A DNA stretch of 64,000 nt from a virus. Within the stretch, counting starts at the first letter, position 1. Each line of letters begins with the position of its first letter. Positions 16,001 to 29,900 of this stretch are shown one piece after another. The DNA lies in the IMG/VR virus record IMGVR_UViG_3300045988_124250, one strand, 5' to 3'. Both the position numbers and the translations under genes were made by a program. The notes under the pieces are model-generated. The model made no database searches. It was given only the letters and a program-made list of their open reading frames with translations, and had not been told where the DNA came from.

Positions 16001-17327
16001 ATATGTTTTAGATGCTATTATTAGTTTAATCACTCCAAATACTACAAATAATTATATGAATACTGGATTCTCGCGTTTGTTAGATGCCAATACTATAATA
16101 GCTAATTATAATTCTACTATTACAAATTATCAATAGCTATTGGTTAGTAATGGTATAAATACTTCAACTTATAAATTAGTAGGAAAAATTGAAAAAAATG
16201 ATATTTTCTTAGAGTTAGGAAAATATTATTATTTAGAAAATAATTTTTATAAACAAGCTACTTTAAGTAATTATGATTCAAATGTAGACTATTATTTAAA
16301 TGAAAAAGATTATTTAATAAAAAGTTTTATTGATTATTTTAGTCAATTAGCGGTATCTGCTAACGATTAGAAGAATAATAATTATAATTTTATTGAATCT
16401 TATTTAACAGCAACTAAACTTGCTAATTTGCGATAGGGAACATTTAATTTATATTCTAATAATAAATTTGTTTCTACTATTTTAAGTGAAGAAAATCAAA
16501 GCGATAGTGAAGATATTAAAAAACATCCTGAACGTAATATTATTGATAATATTATTAATTATACTTATAAAACACGCTCTAATTTTATTTCTAATAATGT
16601 CGGTGGAGATAATGCGCTATCTGAATATGGTACATTAAAATCCATATTAGAATTATATAATTCTAATTTAGATGGATTATATACTACTTTATTAAAAACC
16701 TATAAATCTTTAGGTAATAAAATTTTCATTTAGGATAAAATAAAATCTTTAAATAATTTGTCAGGGTATAAAGTAAATATTACAAAAACAAATCCTACTG
16801 TTAATGAAGTAAGATATCAGCATTTATTAATGTTAAAAGGATTAGCAAAAATTTCAGAATTGTGTTATTGGTGTAATACTCAATTATTTAATGAATATAG
16901 AATTGATCCATTGTTAATTGAATTATTTACTAATTTACCTAAATTATCTAAACCTAATGAGAATTATTCTTCAATTACAAGTATGGGAATTTTTTATTGG
17001 TATATTGAAAATGTTTTAAATAAAGATATAAATGCTTATAAAGACGCGATTGAATAGGCAGAATTTTTAATTACTATTTATACTAATAAGCAAGAAAATT
17101 ATAAAACAAAAGCTGAATATTATTAGACTGAATATGAAAAATATCTTACTATTTTTAGAGGATTCTTATCAACGCGATTTTATGACTATTATGATGCCGA
17201 TGATACTGCATCAAAAGATAAATAGATGCGTGAATTAATTGAAGCAGTAAAAGATGCTTGGAATAAATTTATATTAACTCTTGATAGAGGGTTTACTAAA
17301 GAGATAGAGGCGGGTATGTATCAATGA
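10053..17327 (+). CDS. Giant tail/baseplate protein (about 2425 codons) in a single 7.3-kb frame interrupted only by TAG
   Basis: RBS AAAGGAGA. ORF pieces 10053, 10797, 11154, 11673, 12246, 12948, 13431, 15018, 15951, 16140 and 16758 are all in frame 3 (positions congruent to 0 mod 3). I read every codon: only TAG stops occur until TGA 17325-17327, which overlaps the next gene's start as ATGA. The start could instead be the second ATG at 10059. Confidence 0.6.
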
Positions 17328-20134
17328 AAAATAATCCTTTGTTAGATACTCATTTTTTGAAATAGTTAGATTTAGACAACCAGAAAGAAGTTTTTATTAA
17401 AATTGTAAGTTTAAATAAAGATGAAGAACCTGTCGAATCGATTGAAGGTAAAGCTTCTGGAGGATCCATCAATATTGATGGGTCCTCCGCTGTTCGTCGT
17501 TCTTGTTCAGTACAACTAGTATCTGAAGGAGTAAATATTACTGATGTATATTGGGGATTAACAACTAAATTTAATCTTTATATTGGCCTGACTAATAATA
17601 TTGATTCTGATTATGATGATTTAATTTGGTTCCCGCAAGGTATGTTTTTAATTACTGCTTTTAATACAACACTTACTTCTACTGGATGTAAAATTGCTAT
17701 TTCAGGAAAAGATAAAATGTGTTTATTAAATGGTGATATTGGAGGAAATTTTCCTAATCCAATTGATTTTGCAATAGAATTGGTTGAATATGATGAAAAA
17801 AATTTAAATATATCTGAACTAATTATAAAATATAATTTAATAAAAAATTTGCATTGGCGAATTAATAAAGACACCGAAATTCAATATTTAACTGATGAAG
17901 GTATAGCATATTTAACCGAATAGCAAAATAATGAATCAATGTTAGGTATTATTGAAGTTAAAGATAGTATTAGTGGAGAAATTAAAAAATATAAAAAAAT
18001 AAGACGTCCTATTACATATATTATTCGTGAAATGATTCATTTTTATGGAAATGAGCCTTTTCATAATATTTTAATTAAAGATGTTGATGATAAAGGTTTA
18101 GAATTATTACGATATACTGATGGTGATTTTTATGCTTTTTTAGATGATAATGGCATTTATGTTAATATTACTTTTGATACAACTTTAACAAAATATACTA
18201 CTACTGGAAAGAAAGTCCAATTAAATCAATTAACAGATAGTGAATTAACTGAAATTGGTTCAAATAATTTTAAAACTAAAATAAAAGATAATCCTAATGA
18301 TAAAATAGGATATTATGTTTCTAAAATTAGCGGTACAGGTACAGCTGGATATCGAGCAGTAGATTTATATTGGCCTGATGAAGATGGCTTGGTAGTTAAT
18401 GTAGGAGATACAATCACTTCAGTGCTTGATAAAATTTGTTCTACTTTTGGAGATTATGAATATTTTTATAATCTTAATGGACAATTTGTTTTTTAGAAAA
18501 AGCGGACTTATGTAAATTAGTCTTGGACTAGTATGATAAAAACTACAGATTCAGCTAATCCTGAAGAAGATGAAAAATTAAATTCTATTTATGAAAAGCA
18601 TGATAATTAGTATACTTATAATCAGATTTATGCAGAAGCTGCAATGTTAGCTTCAAAAAGTTCTTATAATTTTTCAGATAATGTTTTAATTTCTTCATTT
18701 TAGCATACTCCTGATTTTTCTAAAATAAAAAATAATTTTATGATTTGGGGTAAAAAGAATCCAACTACTGCAAATAGTGAAGGCGTACCCATTCATTTAC
18801 GATATGCTATTGATGAAAAACCTAAAAAATATACTACAATTGATGGAAGAGTTTATCGTTCCTATGATCCATTAAAAACTGGAGAATTTGTAAAGACACC
18901 TAATCCAAAAGATACTTTATAGGGAACTGCTCTTGATGAACAATGGTGGGATGTTAAAGACTGGGCTGAACTTTATAAATTATATTTAGGGTAGTATCCT
19001 GATAGAGAGTTAGGAGATTATTATGATGGAGAAAATGGAGGAGTAAATATAGATATTGCTTCTCTTTATGGCGAATGTCATAATGATGAATTAATGAAAA
19101 AGTTTTATGGGACTTCCTGTAGTTCAAGTTATGGTTAGTGGAATGATTGGGAAAACAGAAAATTATATGTTTTTGATTTACTGTCAGATGGTAGTATAGG
19201 ATATACTGGACATGGTTCTATGTGTACGCATCCTTGGGCAAGTTGGTTTGACCCTTTATATCAAAAAGGTGGTAAGGCTTATGTGTATTAGCCAGTAATG
19301 CCAGGTCAAGATAAAAATACATAGTATTATGTAAAATAGAATTGGCGTGAATTAATTTATCAAATGGCATTAGATTATGAGAAATATGGACATAATGATG
19401 ATTATGCAGTAAAATTAGCTCAAAATAATCCAGAATTTAAAAATGGATGTACTGGTTATGAAAGTTATTACGCTGATTTATTAGCCTATTGGAGAAAAAT
19501 ATATAATCCTACAACAATTGATTATAAAAATTATTTTGTTGGTATGCCGAATCCACAAAAACCTGAGGAGTAGATGCCATTACCAGATAATGAAAAAGAG
19601 TATTATGGATGGAATAGAAAATATATTACTGACCCTTCTACATTAGAATTTTGGATGGATTTTATAGAAGATTCAGAATGTACGATAGGTAAGTACTCTG
19701 TGAAAGCTATTGGAGATAGGCCGAAAATTGTTAATAATGATGCTATTAAATCTATTATTTATAGGGATACTCCTAATATAATTTATATTAGTCCTGAAAA
19801 ATATAGTTTATATTAGAAACAAAATTTATTATAGGATGGATATGCTTATATACCAGTACCTAAAATGTATGAAAATAAATTTGTTATTTCATCTTAGGGT
19901 AAAACAACATATGATGAATTGAATAATTTATTATATCAATATGCTTATTTGAATGAAAAAATAAATTTAAAATCTGTCCCTGTTTATTATTTAGAACCAA
20001 ATACAATTATTACAGTTGATGATAATAAAAGTGATATACATGGAGAATATATTTTAAATAAAATTACCATTTAGTTAAATCATAATGGTATGATGACTGT
20101 AGTGGCTACAAAAGCCCCTCCAAGATTGCTATAA
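17324..20134 (+). CDS. Tail/baseplate structural protein (about 936 codons) with in-frame TAGs
   Basis: ATGA overlap with the upstream stop. ORF pieces 17642, 17939, 18740, 19364 and 19574 share one frame and are linked only by TAG. Ends at TAA 20132-20134. Confidence 0.6.
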
Positions 20135-20150
20135 GAGAGGAGACGGAGTA

Positions 20151-20492
20151 ATGGCTAAAAGTGTTGTTTAGTTTCGATATTTTGGTGAATTAAATGAAAA
20201 AAATTATCCAGTAACAATAACTAAAGCTAAATTAATGTCAGGAGTAATTTTTGATGATTATACTCCTATTATAAAATTAGGAATCCAGAGTTTACCAGGT
20301 ACTAAATTTAGACTTAATGCCAATCAAGATTATATAATGATTGGCGGAGTTGGTTTGTATGAATTAGATATGACTTAGGGTTCTGGTGTAGTAACATCTA
20401 TTAATTTTGATGAAATGTCATTAACTAATATAGATGAAAATCAAGATGCTTATTTATTAATAGATATTTTATATGAAAAGGAGGGGAGTTAA
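20151..20492 (+). CDS. Small structural-module protein (113 codons, 2 TAGs)
   Basis: RBS GGAGACGGAG plus ATG at 20151. Ends at TAA 20490-20492. Confidence 0.5.
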
Positions 20493-23400
20493 TTGAGTTC
20501 ATTTTATGGTAATTTAAAAGTTAATCCACGGATTGCTTTGACATTTGATAAAACTTATACTAATCGTTATGAAATGGAACAAGCCATAGCTAAACGCGCT
20601 CCAGATGGCTCCTCTACTGGAAATATTAATGGTGATGGAGTATATAATACTCGTTATGTATTTATTAATTATGGCGAACGCCGATATAGCCCCTATATAT
20701 CTACAGAAATAAAAGCTTAGTGGCATCAAACAGCTAATGATGAAAAAGGTAATGAAGTTGAAAAATTTACGGCTAATTGTCCAGTATTATGGGTTTATAA
20801 AATTCAAGGCAGTATTTAGACTATTGGTGATATGGATCCAGAACTTACCCCATAGCGTCCTTATGGGAAGTATTTTCAAGTAAATCCTGAAACTGATTTT
20901 TATAATTCCAATTAGAGATATTATTTATTAAAAGATAGTATTACTCAAGACCCATTAAATAATTTAACGCCTGATGGAATTGATGAAAACTGTGAATATT
21001 CTATAAATAAAGAAATAGATAAAAAACATTATCAAGCTAATTATGACCATACTGTATGGCAAAAAATTTGGTGTTCAGTTAGTAGCAATACTACAATTAC
21101 TGAAAAGTATATTATGGTTGCGAGTTTAGATTCTAAAGCTCCTAAATTTGAAGCTATAGTAGACGCTCCTGATGATAATGATGAATATGAAAAAGTTAGT
21201 TTTTTATATGAAGATAATAGCCGTGTTTAGTTGTCTCCATTAAATAGTTATTATCAATTAGATGGCGAAATAATTATAGGAGAAGGAGAAACCGCTCTTA
21301 CTATTCCTAAATATAAAGAATTAGATATTAGTTATATTGTTGATAAATGGAACGCCAGCACTCCTAATGTAAAAAAATTAGAAGAATCAGTAAAAGAAAA
21401 TTTAAAAGAAATTATTGATTATGAAGAAAAAATTAATAATTCTGAAGAATATAAAGGTTTATTTACATTTGATACTAATCATGAGGCGAATGCTGATAAA
21501 ATTGGTGGATATAATGAATATAGAGCAAATTTAGTCCGTGAAAAAGCTCTTGCTCATTATGCAGGAGATGAAGTCTCTGAACAATATTATGACACTAAAA
21601 TTACAAATTTAGATGATATGTTATCTCAATATGCGTCTAAAGTTCAAGCTTGGAAACAGGCCATTGCTAATTTAAAAGAAGCTCGTAAAAAAGAATATGA
21701 GGCATTACCTATAAAAGATATTTATCGTGGTCCTTTATTTGAATATAAAAAAATTACTAGTGATATAATTATTTATGAACCATTAGAGAAAGATGTAAAT
21801 GGTAAAAAACTTGAAATTATTACAAGTCAAGAAATTCTTGATATGTATTTAGAAACTCTTGGTAATATTTATTATAGTTCAGATTATATTGTAAACAATC
21901 CGCCTCATTATGTTTCTTTATCTGTTGGGTCAAAATACTCTATTACTGATAATAATGGTATTACATTAAAATATTATCATAAAAAATTAGAAGAACCTGG
22001 ATATATTTCATTTGAATTATTTAAACGATTAGTAAAAATCCCTTAGCAATTATATTATTTTGATAATAATAAATTAATAGAAGCTACTATTGATGAATAT
22101 ATTATTACAGATGATGCTGGTAATATTTCTTATAATGAGAAAAAATACAATCAATAGAGAAGATAGTATGCCCAAAAAGTTAGAGTCCATCATAATCATG
22201 GGCCTCATATAGATACTTTTAGAAGTACTGATTTAGATTATAAATTACATTTACCTCGTAATTGGAAATTTAATACAAATACAGATTTCCATTATAATAT
22301 TGAAGGATTTAATAAACGTAGATAGCATTATATCCCTGATAGAGTAAATGAAATTTATTTAAAGAAAACTAGTTCTGGTGAATTGTATCCAGTTCATATG
22401 GATACTAAAGGATATAAATTAATTAATAATAAACTTGATGAGGGAACATTATCAAATATTAAAGAGCCATTTTCTCTTCAATTATCTGATTCAGGATTCT
22501 ATGTTAATAATGAATTAAAATATGCTAAACAAATTGACTAGCGTACATTTGATATTAATCTTCCAGAATTGGGTAATATGGCTTCATTAATGTGGGATTT
22601 AGTATATCCTCGTGGTACTTGGGTTATATATAATCCTCAAGATTATGGTGAAACTAATACTTATGTTGATTATAGTGATAAAAAGTATTTAAATGGTGAA
22701 TTATATTATCCTGACCCTAATGGTACTTATGTAAAAATTGAATTAAAAAATTAGCACGCTTTTGATGAAATTGATGAAATTTTATATATTAAAAAAAATA
22801 ATAAATATATACCTAATTAGAATAATTTTGATTCAAATTAGACATATTATATTATGGATCCAGAATAGTATATTCAAGTCGGTAAAGGAGACCAATTATA
22901 TCGTCAAGCTTATTGTATTTTTATCCCAGCAGATAAAAATACTATAGATAAAAAACGTTATTTGTTTATAGGTAATGATAGAGACCCTAATAACTCAGCA
23001 CTATATCCTAAAACTATTTCTGAATTAATCCGTTATTTATATAAATTATTGGGATTAGAAACAGATAATGATTATTATGATATGCCTTCACAAGAAACTA
23101 TTTGGGGTATGTATAATGCATTATTAAATTTATTAGGTAAATATACTGATTCATATAGTATTAATAATTTTATTCCAGTAAAAAGTGAATATGTTTGGGC
23201 AGACTTATACGATCAAAATGGCAATCCAATAGTAGACTCAAGTGGTAACATTTTAAAAGATGAACCAGCCAAAGAAATAGTATATTATGGTAAACGTGGT
23301 GAAGTTGATTTTGGTTTAAGAAATCCTAACAATCAATGGGATATTAAAACTGAAGAAACATTTTCAACTCTACATACTGGCGCTTTTGGACCATTGTATA

Positions 23401-24128
23401 TTGTTCAAGATAATTATCCGATTTGGAAAAAAGTTGAAGATTTGACTGTTAAGCCTAGTCCTGATACTGCATATTATATTGAAAATGATAATGGTGATAA
23501 AGTATATGCTGGAGACATTACTAAATTTAATGATAAAAAAATATATTACACAGCATATTTACTATATGAAAAAGCCTCTGGCTTAAAAGAAGGGGTCCAA
23601 TATTACCGTGATATAAATTCTCTGTGGGGATTATTAAGAGAATTCCAACAATGTAGAGATAAATACCAAGCGAATTGGGCTCAAGACCATCCCGGTTCAC
23701 CTTCTCATATTTAGAATCGTCCTAGTGTAATTTATAGCACTGAAAAAGCTGTTGAAATTGAATATAATAAAGAAGATTTCTATGGCGATAATAATTATGT
23801 TTTAGAAACTTCTATTAAAGATACTGCAACATTAAAATCAGTCTTTAATTCATTAACTTCTAATTAGAAATTAATGGTTTATTATTTAGATGAAACTGAA
23901 TCTCCATAGTATGTTGTTGTTCAAGCTAATGATGAATATATTCCAAATGCTGAATATTATAAATTAGACAAAAGCGGTTATTTATTAGATACCCATAATG
24001 TTGATGGATTATGGAAAAAAATTTTAATTAACCCTAGTGACAAAGAAAATTATTATGAAGATAGTGAATAGGTAATTAATATTTCTTACTATACAATGGA
24101 TGAAATTCTTTCAATTTTTTAGGAATAA
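20493..24128 (+). CDS. Large tail/baseplate protein (about 1211 codons, about 20 TAGs)
   Basis: RBS AAAGGAGGGGAG, with a TTG start immediately after the upstream TAA and in the same frame. ORF pieces 20493, 21231, 22569 and 22962 share the frame. Ends at TAA 24126-24128 and is followed by a terminator. Confidence 0.55.
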
Positions 24129-24132
24129 ATAA

Positions 24133-24173
24133 AGTTGGCCCATAAGGATTAATTATGGGCCAACTTTTTTTAT
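24133..24173 (+). terminator. Rho-independent terminator (agttggcccataa / ttatgggccaact plus T7)
   Basis: 13-bp inverted repeat followed by TTTTTTT. Confidence 0.65.
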
Positions 24174-24239
24174 ATATCAATAGTAAGGGAAAAGATTTCT
24201 TTTATAATTATAAATGATTCTAAAGGAAAGGAGATTAAT

Positions 24240-25178
24240 ATGCCAAATAATGTTAATTATGTAAAGTTTTAGCGCGGTACAATAACTGCTTATAATTCAT
24301 TAAAGGCGCGAAAACTAATAGATCCTAATACTTTATATTTTATCTATGAATCTGCGGATAAGAAAAATGGATATTTATATTTAGGAGATAAATTAATTAG
24401 TGGCTCTGGCTCGGGGACTAATATTACTAAGTTATCTGATATTAGTGATGTTTTAGAAACTGTAACTGATGCTGGTGCGTTTTTAGTTAAAAATGACAGC
24501 GGTAAATGGGAAAGTAAATCATTAGCTGATGTTGCTAGTTTAATAGCTAGTCAATTAGAGATTAATATTAATGCTAATACGTTTGAATTCAAAACTGTTG
24601 AAGGCACGAATCCTGAATTAAATCTCATTGGATTTGATACTGCAGAAAGTGGTTCTTATTTGAGAAAAGGAGCTGCTGGTAAGTTAGAATGGGAAAAGCC
24701 CGAAGAAGATTTTCATACTATTAGTACTAAAATTATTAATCTACAAAATCAAGTTGATAATTTTAATACTGTTATTAAAAATGAAATCGCAAATGCGAAT
24801 CATTTAACCTATAAACCCGTTGGCAGCTTAGAAGATATTACTTCAGCGGAAAACAATAAAGAAAATGTTGTTTACTTAGTGCCTAATAGTAGTGGAGATG
24901 ATAACAATTCTTATGATGAATATATGCTTATCAACTCAAAGCCAGAAAGATTAGGTACATTTGGTAATGCTGATTTAACTGGATATGCGAAAACTTCAGA
25001 ATTACAAGCTGTTAAAAAGAAACTTGTTGAAGAATATACTTCGCTTGAGGTATTCAATTCTACTGTTGGCTCATTAAATGATCTCGGTAAAGCATACGTA
25101 GCTGGAGATACTACTAATATTGTCAACGAAATTAATAAAGTTTATGAGAGTATTATTTGGGGTGAACTCTCAGAGTAA
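24240..25178 (+). CDS. Fibre/receptor-binding-family protein (312 codons, 1 TAG at codon 11)
   Basis: RBS AAAGGAAAGGAG plus ATG. The N-terminal motif VKF-x-RGT...YF...D.K is shared with the genes at 25207, 26995 and 39174. Ends at TAA 25176-25178. Confidence 0.6.
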
Positions 25179-25206
25179 TTTTTAAAAACAAAAAGGAGAT
25201 TTTATT

Positions 25207-26853
25207 ATGGCTGATTATACTGGTAATGCTGTAAAATTTAAACTTGGTACTCAAGCGAGTTTAAATACATTAAAAGATTCTCAAAAAGGTTGGGAAGTAG
25301 GTACATTTTATTTAACTTCTGATAGTAGCCGTTTGTATATTGGTCAAGCTGATGAACTGGCTCTTCTGAATAAGAGTGTTGAAATTTATGACGATCTAAG
25401 CGCATTAAAGGCAAAAAAGACAGTATCTACTAAAGGCGATATTGCCTATTGTGCAAAAGAAAATGTTTTAGCATATTATAATGGTACTACTTGGAATCAA
25501 ATCAATCCTGATGACGATACTATTTTGACTGCTCTAACTCAAGTTGTTTCTTCAGTTGACAAGGGGGTTAAGATTACTACTGGTGGTATTAATAGTGATG
25601 CTGGTAAAACTATTACCGCGGCTGATGTAACTATTACTGGAGCTAAGGGTGCTCAAGTAGCCATGGCTAATAATAAAGCACTCACAATTACTGGTGATAC
25701 CTATGCTCTTAATGTTCAAGAGCATGCTGATGCGACTAATGATATTGATTTAGTATTAGATAGCGCGCTACAAGATGCTAGTACCGTTCATATCAAGGGT
25801 GGTGACAATGTAACTATTACTAAAGTTGCTGATAGTAATAGTATCCAAATCGTAGCTAAAGATACTAAATTAAATGACATTAGTTTAGGATTAGGCGCTA
25901 ATGGTGAATTACAAGTAGGTGCTAGCGATACTGGTACTACAAACGTTCTAAAGAAACAAAAGTTAGGATATTTTATTGATGGTAGTTATTATGGTATCGG
26001 TAGTGATAATGAGGCTAAGCGAGTAGACCTTCCTGTTTATTCTAAAGATCAAGTCGATGCGTTAATTAAGAAACTTGATGGTATGACTTATCGTGGTACT
26101 ATTGGTACTAGTGGCACGACCTTTACCATGGATGCAAGTTTCAATGTATTAAAGGGTGGAACGGCTACTGATATTCATATTGGAGATATGTTCCTAGTCC
26201 AAGGCAGTAAATTAACTTATGCCACTGGTAAAACTGCTGGTATCGGCGATTTATTGATTGCAACTGCTAAGGATGGTAAGTCAGAGACTAATGGCGTTTT
26301 AGCTATTGGTGATGTTGAGTGGACTTATGTACCTTCTGGCGATGATGCATAGATTGATACTACTTATATCTTTAAGGCTGAGGGCGCTACTGATAGTATG
26401 ACCATTACTTCTAGTAATGGTGGCGGAGTAGTTGGTAAAATTGCCTTTGCCGAAGGTGATGGCATTGTTATTGATTCTACTGATAATGGCGGTAAGGCAC
26501 CAAATCAGTTATCTGTTACTATCAAGCATGACACTTATGATACTACACCAACTACTGATGGTAAATCATTAACTAATGGTGGTACTTTCGATGTTATCGA
26601 TTCTATTACTTATGATAATGGTCATATCATTGGTATTAATACTAAAACTATTCAGACTTTAGAATATAAGCCCGGTCCAGATAGTGCTACTCGTGATGAT
26701 GCTACTAACACTGTTACTGTAGCACATACTTTACAAGCTGGAACTAGTTTAGTATCTGATAAAAATGCAAAGATGGTATTAAAATCTGATACTTTAAAAC
26801 TAACTGCATCTGGCAGTACTGTTACTGCTGATTTAGTTTGGGGTTCATTCTAA
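25207..26853 (+). CDS. Fibre/receptor-binding-family protein (548 codons), Ala/Gly/Thr-rich, with a single in-frame TAG at 26350
   Basis: RBS AAAAAGGAGA. The 381-aa ORF continues in the same frame through TAG into ORF 26398-26853 and ends at TAA. GC content and codon usage are atypical for the window. Under the standard code this would be two genes (25207-26352 and 26398-26853). Confidence 0.55.
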
Positions 26854-26913
26854 TTTGAGGACAGTTTATAATAATTATATTCGTGGTTTTTTTAAAAATC
26901 AACGAAGGAATTT

Positions 26914-26945
26914 GGGAGAGGAAAATTCCTCTCCCATTTTTTTTA
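26914..26945 (+). terminator. Rho-independent terminator (gggagagg / cctctccc plus T-run)
   Basis: 8-bp GC-rich stem, 6-nt loop and a TTTTTTTT tail. Confidence 0.65.
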
Positions 26946-26994
26946 TATATAATTTTGTTTTATATAAAATTTAAGATAGAAAGGAGATACTTGC

Positions 26995-29900
26995 ATGAGC
27001 AATAAACGATTCATCCCTGTTCGTGGTACTGAAGCTAAATTAGATTTAATGGGTTTTAATGATGGATATGTTTATTTTGCAGTTGATACTGGTAAAATTT
27101 TCATAGACTATACTCAAGCTGATGGTACAATGGTATCACGAAAGCTTTTAGGAAGCGGTAGTGGTGGTGGCTCAGGAAGTAATTCTGGTATTTATTATGC
27201 CAATTATACTCCGACCGATGCTGAAAAACTAGAAGATGAAATCAATATTCCAATCGGAGCTATTGAAGGCGGAGAGTATCCCGAAGAAGATGATTTAATT
27301 ATCAACTTAGGTGATAATTGTTTTTATCGTGTAATAAAAGTTCAGCGAGCATTTCAAAATGTACTATGTCGTCGTTTAACTGTTGCTGGTGGAGGCGGTG
27401 GAGATGACCCTGGTTCATTAGCTTCTGATATCGAATTAGCTGTAGATTCATTACCTACTGTTAATTTAATTAATGGACGTTCTCAAGAGGTAACATTTGT
27501 TGCTACATCAGCTAAAAATAAGAAGGGTAATTCTTATGACTCTATTCTTACAATCAATTGGAAATTAGAGTATACTGATGATGGTACTAACTATAATCAG
27601 TATAATTCAGGAACATTCCAAGTACCTGATGGTGAGAAATATGCTTTTGAATTTGGTAAATTAGCTAAGGATGATGCTTCTTCAAGATTAGTGTTAGTAG
27701 CTAGCCAAACCAATCATCCAAGCACAGTTACTCGTTTGATAACATTTAAAACTTCTAAGTTAGAACTACAAGAATCAAGCAGCTTTTCTAATTTAAGTTA
27801 TTTTGAACCTAATAAATTAGTACTGCAATGTAATGTTAATGGTGCGATGGATAAAATTGTTGAATATTATTTTGACAATGAAGATGAGCCATTTTTAAGC
27901 GTACCTTTAGCTGCTAATTCGGCTACATTATAGAGTGTTAATGTTTCACAATATATATCTGTAGTTAATGGTTATCATAAAGTTTGGATTCGTTTATTCC
28001 AATCTATTAATGGTAAAAAAGGAATTGAAGTTGAGCCTTTAATTTTTGAAGTAGCTGTTTATGATGGTTTAGACCCTCAAGCTCCTCCAATTATTTGGCT
28101 GGGAGATTATAAAGACGAATATTATAGTTATGACACTATTCAAATTCCTTTCCGTGTTTTTGACCCATAGGCTGAAAACCCAATAGTGCATTTTAAACGT
28201 AATAATATTGAACTTTCTTATTCTCCTCAAACAATTACTGATTCTAAAAATTATGCAATTTTTGAAATTGCTAATCCTGAATTAGATGTAATTAATCACT
28301 ACACTATTACTTGTGGCGATGGAGCACGTGAGACTACCCGTAAGATTGAAATTCGTGTAGTAAAAGACCCAACAAGAACAGATTTTGGTATTTAGAAACA
28401 AGGTTTCTTAACTTATTTGTTAAATACAGTTGGTAGTGGTCGTTCTAATTCTGAGACATTAGCTAAACGTACTACTTTAGTAAATTCTTCTACTGCTCTA
28501 GGTGCTGAGCCTTGTGCGGCGACGTTTACTAATTTTAATTGGTATAATAATGGTTGGACTACTGACGAAGACAATAAAACTTGTTTACGTATTAGTAATG
28601 GTGCTAAATTATCTATCCCTATTGGTCGTACTGTATTTTCAAACCCCAATGGTTCTCAAGCGACTGAACAATCTCATAGTATTGAATTGATGTTTAAAGT
28701 TCGTAATGTTCAGGATTATTCAAATTTAATTCGTACTATTACTCGTTATAAAAATGATGAAAATTTATATAAAGCATTTTATAATGAAGAGACGGGTGAA
28801 TTTAATTATAAAAATTATACTAACTATGATGCATTTTTAGCTTGGTATTTAAAAACTTATGAAGTTGATTTTGTTGATAAAAATGGCGTTAAACGCAGAA
28901 TGGAATATGATGATTTAGAATTTAGTCATATTGCTAAACAAATTAATTTAAATAATGTTATAGGCAGTTATTATTCTGGTAATACTAAAGCTGTTACTGG
29001 CTTATGTCTAGGCCCACAAGATGCATTTTTCTCTAATGGTACTAATACAGTAAACGTGTCTTACGTTGAAAATAAAATTATTACTTTATCTGTTGTTTGT
29101 AAATATAGTAAAGAAAAAATCCAAAACTTAATTTACATTTATTTAAATGGTGTATTGACTAGTGTTGTTAGAAATACTCAAGAAAATGGATTTACTGTAG
29201 AAAATGATAAAATTGAATTTAACAGTGATTATTGCGATATTGATTTGTATAAAGTTCGTGTATACCGCACTGATTTAAATGTTAATGATATTGTCATGAA
29301 TTATGCTGCTGATTTTGAGAATGTAAATATTTATGATCAAAATAAATTAGCAGAAGAAAATACTGCTATTGATGAATTCCAGTTTAGTTATACTAATATG
29401 ATAAAGTATAATAATGAACATCCTGATGCTCCATTAATGCCTTATATTATTTTTGATACTACTAAATTAGAAGATAGTGAAAATAAACTTCCTTATTCTA
29501 AAAAAGTTAAATTAAATGTTGGAGTTGAATTTGTTAATACTCCACTTGAAATGTATTATAATAAAGGTAAATTGGAAGAGTTAGCCAAAGCTGATAAATT
29601 ATTTGGTGATGGTGCTACGGCGGCTGAAAAACAAAAGGCTGTTGAAACTTATTATAAATATCATTGTCCTTCATTTATTAGCGATAGCGCATCAATGAGT
29701 GTTCAAGGAACTTCATCTGAATTTTATCCTCGTCGAAATTATAAAGTTAAAACTAAAAATAATGACGCGGTTGACGGCGAAAAACGAGTTAATATTTTCT
29801 TAAATCGTGGTCCATTTAGAGAGTAGTATAATGCTGATATGTTAGGCTCTACTTAGAAGCCTTATATTTTAAGCACAACATTAGGGCCTTTAGTTGATTC

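Noticed and set aside
25207-26853. Two separate genes (25207-26352 and 26398-26853) under the standard code
   Set aside because: Possible, since there is a weak RBS before 26398. The same frame continuing through a single TAG, together with the global pattern, favours one protein. The ambiguity is kept in the feature notes.
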